NCBI RefSeq assembly: GCF_028464065.1
Contig: NZ_CP116808.1
Span: 1,007,886 to 1,071,885, forward strand
Direction: 5' to 3'
Length of the DNA: 64,000 nt
Source: Saprospira sp. CCB-QB6
GTDB lineage: Bacteria; Bacteroidota; Bacteroidia; Chitinophagales; Saprospiraceae
Shown here piece after piece: positions 36,166 through 46,683 of this stretch. Made by a program: the position numbers and the translations under genes. Under the pieces are notes generated by a model. It saw only the letters and a program-made list of their open reading frames with translations, ran no database searches and was not told where the DNA came from. Positions within the stretch are counted from its first letter, which is position 1. Every line of letters begins with the position of its first letter.

Positions 36166-37650
36166 TTACTGTACCGTTACGGTAACGGTTTGGCTAAAGT
36201 TGCCATGGCAAACCGTGATATTAGCGGTTCCTCCAGTGAAAGAAGTTCCAGAAATTTCTCCGCTAGCATCTACATCGGCCACTTGAATATTGTCTGAACA
36301 ATATGTAATTGTAGCATTAGAAAGAGGGGCTCCAGCAGCATCTACCACCTCGGCAGAGATTTGCGCTGTTTGTCCAAATCCAACAGTAACATTAGAAGAG
36401 CTAGTGAGATTAAGCCCAGCAGCGTTTGCATCAGCTGTACCGCAGTTACAAGAAGAAGCAATAGCAACAGAGAGCATACTTACGCCAGGAAACACCTCTG
36501 AGTCATTAGCATCTGTAGCCAAAACGAAGGTAGACATTCCGGGATTTGCAGAAGATTTTACAGTGGCCAAACCATTATTATCAATGGTAGCTACATCAAA
36601 AATGGGAAAACCGAAAGTGGGGATTTCCCAATTTACATTAGATGTTGCTTGAGGGTTGGTGAGGACCAATTCGCCATTGCTACGGACTACGTCATATTTA
36701 GTAGCGCTATACTGCTGGGTATTACCTGCTGCAACAGAAGCAGTTAAGGGGTCCAAAGTAATTACTTTATTTGGGCTAATTTCTAATTGAGCTTCCCCTA
36801 CAACACCTTGAGCCATAGCATAAACCTTAGTACTTCCAATAGTCAAAGGAGTAATGTTTCCGCTAGCATCAATACTTGCGATAGAAGGATCGGCCACAGT
36901 CCAATTGAATGTCACTGTTTTTTCATTGCCATCCATATCGTAGGCCTTAGCTGTATATTGAGCAGTTTCTGTTTTGAGGATTACTTGGCTAGCTGGGCTA
37001 ACTACCACACGTTGTACGGGCAATTCAATTACAGGAGGAGCCAATACTGTTACAGGAACCTCTACTACGGGATTACCATCGATGCCTGAAGCCGTTACTG
37101 TGATGATACAGCTTCCTGCACCAATAAAATTCAATTCGCCAGAAGCACTTACTGTAGCTACAGTATTATCGCTAGACTGGTAGCTATAACTTGGAGAAGA
37201 GGTTCCAAAATAAACAGTTTCCATCTGAATATTTGGAAAATCAGTATCTACTAAAACAGCTGCAGGAGCCACAGCAAAAAGCGCTGGCGTTTGAACAGCT
37301 AGAGGTGCAGAACTAGTTAGGGTACTTCCTCCAATAGTTACAGAAGCCTGAATTGTTGTTACACCTGCAGCAGCCACAGTTACGCTACCATTACTAGCAA
37401 TAGTTGCTACATCTGTATTCGTACTCGACCAGCTAACATTGCTAGCTGCTGTACGATTACCTTCTGTATCTAGCAAAATAGCCGTATAAGTCAAACTGCC
37501 ATCCATCAACATGGTTTGAGCACCATTTTCAATGACTAGCATTTGGTTAGTTGCATCTTGGTTGTCATTATTGTTATCCTCATCTTTTTTACAAGAAGTC
37601 AAGGCAAGAAAAAGCAGACTAAAAAGTCCTAAATAATTTAAAAATTTCAT
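36166..37650 (-). CDS. Ig-like (Big_2-type) repeat lipoprotein
   Basis: Signal peptide with a lipobox (LTSCKKDED). The protein is T/S/V-rich with repeated beta-sandwich-like segments. Confidence 0.55.
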   Translation of the reverse strand: MKFLNYLGLFSLLFLALTSCKKDEDNNNDNQDATNQMLVIENGAQTMLMDGSLTYTAILLDTEGNRTAASNVSWSSTNTDVATIASNGSVTVAAAGVTTIQASVTIGGSTLTSSAPLAVQTPALFAVAPAAVLVDTDFPNIQMETVYFGTSSPSYSYQSSDNTVATVSASGELNFIGAGSCIITVTASGIDGNPVVEVPVTVLAPPVIELPVQRVVVSPASQVILKTETAQYTAKAYDMDGNEKTVTFNWTVADPSIASIDASGNITPLTIGSTKVYAMAQGVVGEAQLEISPNKVITLDPLTASVAAGNTQQYSATKYDVVRSNGELVLTNPQATSNVNWEIPTFGFPIFDVATIDNNGLATVKSSANPGMSTFVLATDANDSEVFPGVSMLSVAIASSCNCGTADANAAGLNLTSSSNVTVGFGQTAQISAEVVDAAGAPLSNATITYCSDNIQVADVDASGEISGTSFTGGTANITVCHGNFSQTVTVTVQ

Positions 37651-37894
37651 TTTGAAATGTTGAATGTTAATTAAGTAGTTTGTTCTGGCAGCCGCCTAAG
37701 CCTAAAAATATGCCAAGACCTAATTAAACAAACATTCAAGAAAGAAACCACGGCACACAATCAACTGATTTACAATCAGTAAACTACCATCAAAAATTAG
37801 TTCCTTTTTTTAAAAAAAATCTGCACTTTTCTCTAGCAGCAACTATTCAAGCTAAATAGTTTACATTTATTTATCAATTCGTGACGGGTTAGTA

Positions 37895-40354
37895 CTACTT
37901 TAGTCCCAACTGCCAGCCCAAGCTCAACTGAATGGAGCGCCCTTCTGCGGGCAAGATACCTGGACCTGGATAGGCAGATGCTCTTCGGCTGAAATAAGCT
38001 TTGTTCAATAGGTTATTTACATTCAATCCTAAGCGCAGGGCTTTATATTGATAACTAAAGCTGGCATCCCAAACGCCATAGGCGGGAATGCGGCCCAAAA
38101 CCGCATTGGCCACTAGTTCGGCATTACTAGCATCGCTAAAATGGCTGCCTGTATAAGCATATTGTAGACTGGCTTTATAGTTTCCTAGATAAGCCTGTAG
38201 GCCGAGACGCCAGCTAATGGGCGGAACCAGTTCCAACAATTTGCCTTGCGCAAAAGTATTGGCCGTTTGTGTATAGCGCCCATCCAAAATGGAAAAGTTA
38301 TTAAAGAATAAAAGCCCCTTATCTTCTTTGATACTTTTGAATAAGCGCAGAATATCCCACTCTATCAGGCTTTCTAGGCCCAAAACGCGAGCATTTCCAA
38401 TATTGGAGCGATAAGAAATGAGCTGTATAAGATCTGGATTTTCAGGATCGGGCCGACTGGTAGAAATATTCCCAATTCGATCTTGATAGGCCAAATAAAA
38501 CAAAGAAAAATCAAAGCGGAGATGCCGTTTCCAACGTCCCCGAAAACCTAAATCGGCATTAAAACCACTTTCATCCTGCAAATCGGGATCAATCACTTGA
38601 TTGGGGTTGACCAAACGCAAATCATTAAAGTTAATGGCCCGATAGTTCTGTGAAATATTGCTGTAAATCTCTAATTGGTCCTTGGGCCGATAACTCAACC
38701 CAATCCCCATCAAAAAAACAGAGCGATTGCGTCCTCGCTGCTCATAAATCGCTTCATTGCGCAAGGTGTCTGCTCCTTCTGCACTAGGCTGCACCAAAAG
38801 ATCTTGATAATAACCATCGGCCTGAGTTTGAATGTATTCGTAACGCAAACCGGGCGTAATACTCCAGCCCTTGCCCAAACTAAAGAAGTTCTCCGCAAAG
38901 GCGGCAAAGTTAAAACTGGGAAAATTATAGTCCGAATTGAGGATGCCTTTAGCGGGCTCCAAAAAGGTAAAATCGGCTCGACTGCCCGTACTATCTGCAT
39001 TGGCTAGGCCTTGGGCTTGGGTGGTAAAGCCTTTGTAGAGGCGAACACCTCCTAAAAGAACGCCCATTTTTTTGGCCCCAATCTTATAGCGGTGCATGAT
39101 CCGACTTTCTTGTCCAAAGTTTTGATATTGGCCTTTAATCAGCTGTCTTGGACCACCATAATCTACCCGATTGATGGCTTCCAAATTGCCCAAAGATTGA
39201 CGGCCCGCAAAAAGCGCAAACTGTCGAAAATTAAGCTTGGTATTTTTGGCCAATCGATAATTGATGTCTAAAGCCGTAATGGCCCAATTTACCCGAAACC
39301 AATTGCGGGGACGCTTAGCTTGTCGGGGATTTTGCCGAAACTCTAAATCGGTCAAGCCTCCAGGCTGCTGTGCCACATAAGACATATAGGTTTGCTCCAA
39401 AGACAAACTCAACTTTTCGTTCCACTGATAATGCAAGCCCAAATAGGCCGTATGTTGCTCAAAAGCAGAGCTTGGCCGCCAGCCATCGCCTCGTTTATAT
39501 TGATGAAAGGCATAATAACGCAGCTTCCCTTTTCGGCCCTCCAAGCTATTAAAGCTAGAATAAAAGCCAAAAGAACCGCCCGTTTGTTGGCTATTCCAAA
39601 GTAATTTATAATCCTTATTTCCCCGCTTCATTCTAAAGTTGAGCAAACCGCCAAACTGCGTCCCATACTGCAATGAAGCGGCTCCCCGAATCAATTCAAT
39701 CCCTTCTAAAGCCAAAACGGGAGGCGTATAATAAGACTCTGGATAACCCAAAGCATCTGCACTAATATCATAGCCATTTTGGCGGGTGTTGAAGTTAGAA
39801 CTGCGGTTGGGACTCAGCCCACGGCCACCAATATTCAGCTGAATGCCTGAATTATCATTCTCCCAAATGTTCAATCCCGCAATTTTTGCATAAACTTGAC
39901 GGCTATTGTTGGCGGCCAAATTGCCCTGCAACTTGCTCGCCTTGATAATGGACGACTTTTTAGCGGCCCCAATCAGCATTTTGTCCCAATCTACCGCCCG
40001 AAATTGCTGCAAACCATAATTTCCCTCTTCCGCCTGCACATAAACCGTGGGGCCCTCACGCTCAAAAGGCTGCAAAACAACTTGCAAAAGCGTATCTATA
40101 GGCAGTTGCAGCACTAAAGATCGGCCCTGAAAGCCCTCCGCATAAACATCCAATTGATAGGGGCCAGCCGCCAAACTATCGAAACGGAAAAAGCCCTGGG
40201 CATCACTTTTGGTCAAGGCCATTTTTTGGACCAAAAACAGCTCGGCTCCAGCAATTGCTTGGCCCAAACTATCTGTCAATTGGCCCTGAAGAGCCGGTTG
40301 CGCTCCCGCTAAAAAAGGAAGCAAGAAGAAAAAGAGATAGCCATAAAGTCGCAT
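37895..40354 (-). CDS. TonB-dependent receptor with N-terminal CarboxypepD_reg-like domain
   Basis: Signal peptide present. An N-terminal transthyretin-like domain is followed by a plug and a beta-barrel of about 600 aa, and a C-terminal segment with the aromatic/alternating pattern typical of TonB-dependent receptors. Confidence 0.8.
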   Translation of the reverse strand: MRLYGYLFFFLLPFLAGAQPALQGQLTDSLGQAIAGAELFLVQKMALTKSDAQGFFRFDSLAAGPYQLDVYAEGFQGRSLVLQLPIDTLLQVVLQPFEREGPTVYVQAEEGNYGLQQFRAVDWDKMLIGAAKKSSIIKASKLQGNLAANNSRQVYAKIAGLNIWENDNSGIQLNIGGRGLSPNRSSNFNTRQNGYDISADALGYPESYYTPPVLALEGIELIRGAASLQYGTQFGGLLNFRMKRGNKDYKLLWNSQQTGGSFGFYSSFNSLEGRKGKLRYYAFHQYKRGDGWRPSSAFEQHTAYLGLHYQWNEKLSLSLEQTYMSYVAQQPGGLTDLEFRQNPRQAKRPRNWFRVNWAITALDINYRLAKNTKLNFRQFALFAGRQSLGNLEAINRVDYGGPRQLIKGQYQNFGQESRIMHRYKIGAKKMGVLLGGVRLYKGFTTQAQGLANADSTGSRADFTFLEPAKGILNSDYNFPSFNFAAFAENFFSLGKGWSITPGLRYEYIQTQADGYYQDLLVQPSAEGADTLRNEAIYEQRGRNRSVFLMGIGLSYRPKDQLEIYSNISQNYRAINFNDLRLVNPNQVIDPDLQDESGFNADLGFRGRWKRHLRFDFSLFYLAYQDRIGNISTSRPDPENPDLIQLISYRSNIGNARVLGLESLIEWDILRLFKSIKEDKGLLFFNNFSILDGRYTQTANTFAQGKLLELVPPISWRLGLQAYLGNYKASLQYAYTGSHFSDASNAELVANAVLGRIPAYGVWDASFSYQYKALRLGLNVNNLLNKAYFSRRASAYPGPGILPAEGRSIQLSLGWQLGLK

Positions 40355-40412
40355 AAACTCCTTTTGTTTTAAATGAACTTAATATAAAAGCGCTTGCTGT
40401 TTATTATTTCGT

Positions 40413-40592
40413 TTTTTGGGGGCTGCCCCGCCAGTAGGCGGGTCGGGCTGTGTCGCAGCTCGCTGATCGCTCGGCCCTGCGCTTTTTCGCTGCGCTCAAA
40501 AGCTGGGTCTGGCCTGCGGCCACTGCTGTCCATCCCTCAGCCTGCGGGCCTTCGGCCCTTTTTGGCTGCAGGTTAAAACCTACAGCCAGAAT
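40413..40592 (+). repeat. GC-rich repeat element R13 (with ctgcaggttaaaacctacagcc hairpin module)
   Basis: ttttgggggctgccccgccagtaggcgggtcgggctgtgtcgcagctcgctgatcgctcggccc... This is near-identical to the core of R18. Confidence 0.8.
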
Positions 40593-40684
40593 GGTATTGC
40601 TTCGCAATGCTAGATGAATGAGGGCCAAAGCCCTCATAAAATTAACGGCCGAAGCAAATGGCCAAAAGTAAAATAAAACGAGGA

Positions 40685-40818
40685 GCGGCTTAGCGCTGCG
40701 GAGCGGGTGGCCCGAAGGGCCAGACCAAAGGCAGGCAAAGCCTGACTGCAGGGCCGAGCAGAATTGCGAGCCCCGCAGCATAGCGCCCCGCCGCCTTCGG
40801 CGGCGGGGAAGCCCCAAA
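40685..40818 (-). repeat. GC-rich repeat element R14 (same subfamily as R1, inverted)
   Basis: Its reverse complement matches R1 over about 120 bp (gggctcgca..tctgctcggccctgca..caggctttgcctgcctttggtctggcccttcgggccacccgctccgcagcgcta). Confidence 0.8.
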
Positions 40819-42150
40819 TCAATCCCCTTGAAAAGCTAAAATCCAATTGGGTTTGGCCCAAAGGTAGGCTTTTTCTTGGGCCAGATCGACCTTGGGATCA
40901 ACTAAGCGTTGGCTCAGGCGACCATTGAGACTCACTTGAGCATCTAGGTAAACCTGCGGGGCTTGATAGCCTTGTTCCTGTTGGTAATAATTGGCCAAAT
41001 AATGCGCAAACTGCAAGAGCATATCGGGTTGATAGGCCATCATAATTTCTTGTTTTTCATTGAGATGGTCCAAATTATTGACCCAACTCATTTGTCCCGT
41101 TTGTCCATCTACGACCTTAAATTGGGCGTAGCCTCTTTTTTCAACCAGCATGACCATCCAAGCAAAGCGAAAGCCCTGTTCGTGCCAAAGCACATTGCCC
41201 GAATAGAGATGATGCCGCAGCGGAAAAAGCGCCTGAAAAAGCAGAAAAAACAAGAGAAAATAGCGCTGAAAAGCAGGAAGAACGAACTCTAGTTTTAATT
41301 TAGACAAAGTCAAATTAAATACAGCCGCAAAGGTAGTAATTATTTTTTCATGAAATTGGCTAGAAAAGAAAATTGTGGTGCAGGCCATCATAAGGTAGGG
41401 AAAAATGCCAATATGGAAAAGTGTGGCGGTGGCGAGATGGAAGGCGATAACGAAGCAATAGGCCCATTTTCGGCTTTTGGACCAAAGGAGGAAAAAGCCC
41501 ACACTCAGGTCGAAAGCGGCGCCAAAGTAGGCAAAAAAGGGTGGCAGCCAGCTACTAGCGAGGATTGGCCCAAAAAGGGGGAAATCGGATTGTTGACCCA
41601 GCCAAATGCGCAAAGGTTGAGCTAAAAAAAGCCAATCGCTTTGGAGTTTGGCTAGGCCCGCAAAAAAATAGACCAGCACAAAAAGCAGGCGGGGCGTCCA
41701 AATGTACAAAGCGGGAACTTTGACCAATTCAGGAGAGATGGGATGATCGAGAGAAAAGGCGCGATGAGCGGGCAATATCCAAATCAGTAGGGCCAAGAGA
41801 GAGATGAGGTAATAGTGATTGAGATAATGGGTAAGGTCTAAAAGCTCGACATAGGTAAAGCAACTAAAAAAAATCCCAGCCGAAAGTTTATATTTATAGC
41901 CCAAAGCGATGCCTAGGCCAGCGAGAATCATGAGGACAAAACAGCTGTAGAGTCCTGCTGCGGGGAGTTCGGGCAAGTTTTGGCAGCCCCAAAGTCGGAA
42001 AGCAAACTGGGGTTGGATATAGAATTTGTCGACCCAGCCGAGCAGCAGCATTCTCGCGGAGAGTATAGCGGCCAAAAGGCCGAAAATGATTCGGAAACTA
42101 AGGAGAGGCGCAATACTTTTAGGCTGAGCGAGTAAGTTCATAAGGACCAA
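40819..42150 (-). CDS. HTTM (vitamin K-dependent gamma-carboxylase-like) domain membrane protein
   Basis: Polytopic membrane protein. An N-terminal block LLSFRIIFGLLAAILSARMLLLGW is followed by HYYLISLLALLIWILPA, which fits the HTTM domain. Confidence 0.5.
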   Translation of the reverse strand: MVLMNLLAQPKSIAPLLSFRIIFGLLAAILSARMLLLGWVDKFYIQPQFAFRLWGCQNLPELPAAGLYSCFVLMILAGLGIALGYKYKLSAGIFFSCFTYVELLDLTHYLNHYYLISLLALLIWILPAHRAFSLDHPISPELVKVPALYIWTPRLLFVLVYFFAGLAKLQSDWLFLAQPLRIWLGQQSDFPLFGPILASSWLPPFFAYFGAAFDLSVGFFLLWSKSRKWAYCFVIAFHLATATLFHIGIFPYLMMACTTIFFSSQFHEKIITTFAAVFNLTLSKLKLEFVLPAFQRYFLLFFLLFQALFPLRHHLYSGNVLWHEQGFRFAWMVMLVEKRGYAQFKVVDGQTGQMSWVNNLDHLNEKQEIMMAYQPDMLLQFAHYLANYYQQEQGYQAPQVYLDAQVSLNGRLSQRLVDPKVDLAQEKAYLWAKPNWILAFQGD

Positions 42151-42463
42151 TTTTTTGGGCGCAAAGGTAGGCTAATACGGGCTAAAATTATGGAGTCGTC
42201 AGAAAAAGAGGGGAAAGTCCTATCTTCCCGCTAAAAATAGAGAAAGCTGAATATTTCGCAATCCTTGAAATACTAGGAGCGCTTTTATTGGCGTTTTCCA
42301 TAAAATCAAAACCTAATTCCTCTTATTTTTAAGGATAAATTAACATATTTGGTTTTTCTCTACAAAGTCAGGAGAGCCCAACAAAAGTTGGTATCTTGGC
42401 GGGCACAGACAAATATCAAGACATAACATTACCATTTCTTCACCTCTACATACTGTTAGTAGC

Positions 42464-43420
42464 ATGCGCATAGGACTACTTAGCTTTTGTTTGATGTTTA
42501 GCTTTGGGCTATTAAAAGCTCAAGCCGGTTATCAGCCGCCTTTCCCTTATGAAATTGGTCTTCAGATTGGGACCTCTCAATTTTTAGGTGACCTTGGGGG
42601 GCAAAGTGAAATTGGTCGCCCATTCATTCGGGATACAGACCTCAAGGCCATCCGCCCTTTAATTGGTGTTTTTGGCCGTTGGAATATTGGCCCTTATTTT
42701 TCTGCTCGTGCGGATATCAACTACTTGCAGTTGGCTGGAGATGATGCGCTTGCGGGGAGTGGCTTTAGTGGAGAGACTCGAGATGCCGACCAAGCTTGGT
42801 ATCGGTATTACCGCAACCTCAGTTTCCGTTCGCATGTATTTGAGGCCTCTATTGCTGGGGAAATCATTCCCTACAACTTTGAGCTAGGAGGTGGATACCA
42901 GAGTTATAGCGTAATTTCTCCTTATGGATTTATTGGCGTGGGTATTTTCAACTTTAATCCACAGGCGCAATACAATGGACAATGGGTAGACCTACAGCCG
43001 CTATCTACAGAGGGCCAAGGTTTGGTAGATGGTCGTACGCCTTATGCCTTAACTCAGTTCAATGTGCCATTGGGTTTTGGGGTAAAATGGAATTATAACG
43101 ATCAGTGGGCGCTTTCTTTTGAGGTGAACCACCGTCTAACTTTCACAGATTATATTGATGATGTTTCTGTGGACTATGTAGATCCCCAAGTTTTTTATGC
43201 GAATTTTGCGCCTGAGCAAGCGGCTTTGGCTGCGGCTTTGGCTCGTCGCTCTGTAGAGATTGACCCTGGATTGGTCAATGGCTATGTCTCTGCTCCAGGT
43301 GAGCAAAGAGGAGACCCCAAGGATAATGACTCTTATTATACAATCGCGCTTCGTTTTAGCTACTTCTTTGATGGTGGCTCGTTGGGTGGTGGTCGCCGTT
43401 ATGGTTGCCCCGTTTGGTAG
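42464..43420 (+). CDS. outer-membrane beta-barrel protein, DUF6089-like; paralog of 18794..19795
   Basis: Signal peptide present. Conserved blocks are shared with the 18794 gene, for example PYGFIGVGIFNFNP, LQPLSTEGQG and FTDYIDDVS. Confidence 0.55.
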   Translation: MRIGLLSFCLMFSFGLLKAQAGYQPPFPYEIGLQIGTSQFLGDLGGQSEIGRPFIRDTDLKAIRPLIGVFGRWNIGPYFSARADINYLQLAGDDALAGSGFSGETRDADQAWYRYYRNLSFRSHVFEASIAGEIIPYNFELGGGYQSYSVISPYGFIGVGIFNFNPQAQYNGQWVDLQPLSTEGQGLVDGRTPYALTQFNVPLGFGVKWNYNDQWALSFEVNHRLTFTDYIDDVSVDYVDPQVFYANFAPEQAALAAALARRSVEIDPGLVNGYVSAPGEQRGDPKDNDSYYTIALRFSYFFDGGSLGGGRRYGCPVW

Positions 43421-43614
43421 GCTAAGTAAGCGATTTGTTTGAAATAGAAAAGCTGAGTAGGTGAAGGCCTGCTCGGCTTTTTTCATTCCCCATCTCGGTA
43501 TAACTTGGGTATAACATTCCCTAAAAACAAGGCGAATTTGGGCCTTTTTTCCATGCAGCAGTAATGCGCAAGAATGGTAGATAAGTCCTTGATATATAGG
43601 TTAAAACAAAAAAA

Positions 43615-43639
43615 AGCAGCTAGTAAAAACTAGCTGCTT
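43615..43639 (-). terminator. terminator downstream of tRNA-Arg
   Basis: Hairpin AGCAGCTAGT...ACTAGCTGCT followed by a T-run on the minus strand. Confidence 0.55.
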
Positions 43640-43716
43640 TGGTGACCCCAACAGGACTCGAACCTGTAACCGTCTGCTTAGAAGGCAGATGCTCTATCCA
43701 GTTGAGCTATGGAGCC
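43640..43716 (-). tRNA. tRNA-Arg (anticodon TCT)
   Basis: The reverse complement folds as follows. Acceptor GGCTCCA. D-arm TAGCTCAACTGGATAGAGC. Anticodon stem TCTGC/GCAGA with loop CTTCTAA, giving anticodon TCT. T-arm ACAGGTTCGAGTCCTGT. CCA is encoded. Confidence 0.8.
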
Positions 43717-43794
43717 AACTGCAGCGCAAATATGCCAACTTTTAATCAAACGGCCAAATATTTTAATCATTTTTTTGAGTTGGGAACTTGGCCA

Positions 43795-43932
43795 GGCCCT
43801 ATTGGCCCAGCGCTGCGTAGCGGTGGCCGAAGGCCAGACCAGTGGCGCTATGCGCCGCAGGGCCGAGCAGACCTGCGAGCCGCGAAGCATAGCGGCGGCC
43901 AGCTTGCTGGCCGCGGGCCCCAAAAAAAACAG
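43795..43932 (-). repeat. GC-rich repeat element R15
   Basis: gggccgagcagacctgcgagccgcgaagcatagcggcggcc...gggccccaaaaaaaa. It overlaps the 3' end of the 43799..44467 ORF. Confidence 0.75.
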
Positions 43933-44467
43933 AAGAGCGAAAAACCTGCTGACTGTACTCCCACAAAAATTTGAAGGCCAAAAAGAAGAGCAGAAAAGAA
44001 AGACCAATTTGCCAAAGTTCTTGAAAAGGAAGCACCATTTTGTGCATCAAGAGGAGTAAGAGCCCCAAAGCGGAGGCCGCCACCAAAAGCAGCTCGTATA
44101 ACTCGCCAAACCAAGGCAGCCATTTCATTTTTAGTCCCTTTTTTCTTAAAATAGTGACGACTGCAATTGCCGAAATCAGCGGCAAATAATAGATACTGAA
44201 ACTCAACTCTAAGAGGTTTTTTTGGTTCAACATAATGCTATAGGCCCAAAATATAATTGAAACCAAAGCGGGAATGGCTGTTCCGTAAACCACTAAAGAA
44301 TACAGATAGCCGTAGGAGCTGGCTTCTGGCGATGGGCCCGAGACAATATTGAGCAATAAAGCCACAAAAGGCAGCAGCAAAAAATAAAAGAAAAGGGCGA
44401 TGGGATCCTGATTGAGCAAGGCTATGAGTTCTTCTATCTGCATAATTTTGGGAATGGATTTTGGCAA
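43799..44467 (-). CDS. hypothetical polytopic membrane protein; last roughly 45 codons derived from repeat element R15
   Basis: About 5 predicted TM helices. The C-terminus ...FFGARGQQAGRRYASRLAGLLGPAA... is the translation of the GC-rich repeat. The same peptide recurs in the spurious N-terminal extension of ORF 46105. Confidence 0.45.
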   Translation of the reverse strand: MPKSIPKIMQIEELIALLNQDPIALFFYFLLLPFVALLLNIVSGPSPEASSYGYLYSLVVYGTAIPALVSIIFWAYSIMLNQKNLLELSFSIYYLPLISAIAVVTILRKKGLKMKWLPWFGELYELLLVAASALGLLLLLMHKMVLPFQELWQIGLSFLLFFLAFKFLWEYSQQVFRSSVFFGARGQQAGRRYASRLAGLLGPAAHSATGLAFGHRYAALGQ

Positions 44468-44546
44468 AGCAATACTGGATTTTAAATCTAGGAATAAATC
44501 ATTACTTTTGTAAACTTCCGCAGACGGAACTTAAAACTACTATAAA

Positions 44547-45002
44547 ATGAAATCCTTAGCACTGATATTCAGCTTTCTATTTGCCAGCTTAGGTTCTGGA
44601 CTTTTGGCCCAAAACCCCTCTGATGGCTTGCATTTCTGGAAGGTCTTGAGCAAAGTGAAATATAAGTCAAAAATTGACATCGAGAGCGGGACGGTAATTT
44701 ACACCCCCGTATTCAATAAAAGTATCAAAAAATTAGACGGAAAAGAGATCGTTCTCAAAGGGTATGTGATTCCCGCCGACCTGAGTGGTGGCCGCATGAC
44801 CCTCTCGGCCTTTCCCTATAGCTCTTGCTTTTTTTGTGGCGGAGCTGGGCCCGAATCTGTGATCGAAATCGACGCCAAAACGCCCATTATCTATCGCATA
44901 GATAAACCCATCACGCTCAAAGGAAAACTCAAACTCAATAGCGAAGACCCCCTCCGCCTCATGTATATCCTCACAGAAGCTGATTACTACGAAGGCAGTT
45001 AA
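44547..45002 (+). CDS. secreted hypothetical protein (151 aa)
   Basis: Signal peptide present. No recognised domain. Confidence 0.45.
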   Translation: MKSLALIFSFLFASLGSGLLAQNPSDGLHFWKVLSKVKYKSKIDIESGTVIYTPVFNKSIKKLDGKEIVLKGYVIPADLSGGRMTLSAFPYSSCFFCGGAGPESVIEIDAKTPIIYRIDKPITLKGKLKLNSEDPLRLMYILTEADYYEGS

Positions 45003-45023
45003 TGCCCGAAAAATATTAACGTT

Positions 45024-46025
45024 ATGACTCAAATTTCGCGCATTCTGGGCGAACGCAGCGGCTCTGAAAAAGGGCCGCTGTTGCTTATTCTCACCCAGGT
45101 TCATGGCAACGAACCCGCTGGCTATTATGCCGTTCAAGAACTCTTTCAACGCATTGATCAAGAGTACCAAAATAAAGCAGATTTCGACTATCGCGGCCGT
45201 ATCGTCGCCCTAAGAGGCAACCTAGCCGCTATCGCCTCTGGCCAACGATTTATTGATGAGGACTTTAACCGAATCTGGACCAATGAACGGGTCGAACGAA
45301 TCAAAAATAGCTCCTTTGATGAACTCCAATCTCAAGAGGAAAAAGAACTCAAAGGGCTGCTCGAAACCATCCAAGAACTGATGGACCAACATCAGGACGA
45401 ACAGGTTGTTTTGCTCGATTTGCACACCACTACCGCCAAGGGCGGGATGTTCCTCATCCCCTCTACCGATGAAAATTCTAGAGCGCTGGGCCTCAATATT
45501 CACGCTCCGCTCCTACACGGATTTCTCGACGGACTAGAAGGTACGATCCTTCACTATTTTCGCCAAGAAAATTTTCCCCAACATCAACTGACTTGCATCT
45601 GCTTTGAAGCCGGCCAACACGATAGCCTCTCCTCTGTCGGCCATGCCGTTTCGGCGATCATCCAATGCTTTACCGCTATGGGCGGCTTCTATGCCGAAGA
45701 TATCGAAATGAAACACGAACTCCGCCTTAGCGAAGAAAACCAAGGCCTGCCCAAAGAAGGCCGACTCGCCTACTGCCACCGCATCCACCAAGGCGATAAC
45801 TTTAAGATGCGTAGCGATAAAATTTATCGCAATTTTGACCCCATCTACAAAGGAGAATTGCTGGCCGAAGACAAAAATGGCCCCATCTATTCCCCCCTCG
45901 ATGGCCTCATCCTCATGCCGCTTTACCAAAAACAAGGCAACGACGGCTTTTTTATCATTGAAGATATGGACCAGTCTGCCCCTAAATTGGGCCGAAAAAT
46001 CCCCAAAACAATCCTCAATGCCTAG
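45024..46025 (+). CDS. succinylglutamate desuccinylase/aspartoacylase (AstE/AspA) family protein
   Basis: The motifs HGNEPAG and LDLHTTT are the zinc-binding/structural signatures of this family. Confidence 0.65.
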   Translation: MTQISRILGERSGSEKGPLLLILTQVHGNEPAGYYAVQELFQRIDQEYQNKADFDYRGRIVALRGNLAAIASGQRFIDEDFNRIWTNERVERIKNSSFDELQSQEEKELKGLLETIQELMDQHQDEQVVLLDLHTTTAKGGMFLIPSTDENSRALGLNIHAPLLHGFLDGLEGTILHYFRQENFPQHQLTCICFEAGQHDSLSSVGHAVSAIIQCFTAMGGFYAEDIEMKHELRLSEENQGLPKEGRLAYCHRIHQGDNFKMRSDKIYRNFDPIYKGELLAEDKNGPIYSPLDGLILMPLYQKQGNDGFFIIEDMDQSAPKLGRKIPKTILNA

Positions 46026-46123
46026 AATCTGCAAGTTTGTCCAAAGAAAACAACTATTTTGATTTAGTCTTGTTAACTTTGCGGCCCAAGACGGAAACGG
46101 CCAATTGTTTTATTCATGGCTAT

Positions 46124-46290
46124 TTTTTGGGGCCCGCGGCCAGCAAGCTGGCAGGCGCTACGTTTCGCAGCTCGCAGGTTTGCTCGGCCCTGCAGCGCTA
46201 AAGCGCTTTGGTCTGGCCTTCGGCCACTGCTACACATCGCTAGGCCAATTGCCTAAAGGCCGAGGCGGCTCCGCCGCCCATCCCAACCGC
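46124..46290 (+). repeat. GC-rich repeat element R16
   Basis: ttttttggggcccgcggccagcaagctggcaggcgctacgtttcgcagctcgcaggtttgctcggccctgcagcgc... It creates a spurious in-frame N-terminal extension of the ferredoxin ORF. Confidence 0.75.
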
Positions 46291-46332
46291 TTGGCATTTC
46301 ATGCAACTAAAAAATATCTGATCCGATACAAT

Positions 46333-46671
46333 ATGGCTATTGTAAAATTCATTTTTGAAGACCCCAATATTCCACCTAAGGAACTAGAAGCCAGCCTAGG
46401 CGATAATATCTCCGAATTGGCTGATGATAACGACATTCATATTAACCATAACTGTGGCCGCGTCTGCGCCTGTAGTACCTGCCACGTTTATATTGAAGAA
46501 GGCGAAGATAGCCTACCCGAAATCTCAGACCGAGAAGAGGACTTTATTGATAGAGCTCTCGACCCACGTATTGAGTCTAGACTCGCCTGCCAATGCATCA
46601 TCCAAGAAGAAGATGCCGTTATTGAGGTCTTGGTCCCTGACCAATCTCGCATTATTGGACACGAACACTAA
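46333..46671 (+). CDS. fdx: 2Fe-2S ferredoxin (adrenodoxin/Fdx type)
   Basis: Carries CGRVCACSTCHV...C..C. True start taken at MAIVKF, because the track ORF from 46105 is extended through the repeat. Confidence 0.7.
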   Translation: MAIVKFIFEDPNIPPKELEASLGDNISELADDNDIHINHNCGRVCACSTCHVYIEEGEDSLPEISDREEDFIDRALDPRIESRLACQCIIQEEDAVIEVLVPDQSRIIGHEH

Positions 46672-46683
46672 ATATAAGATCTC

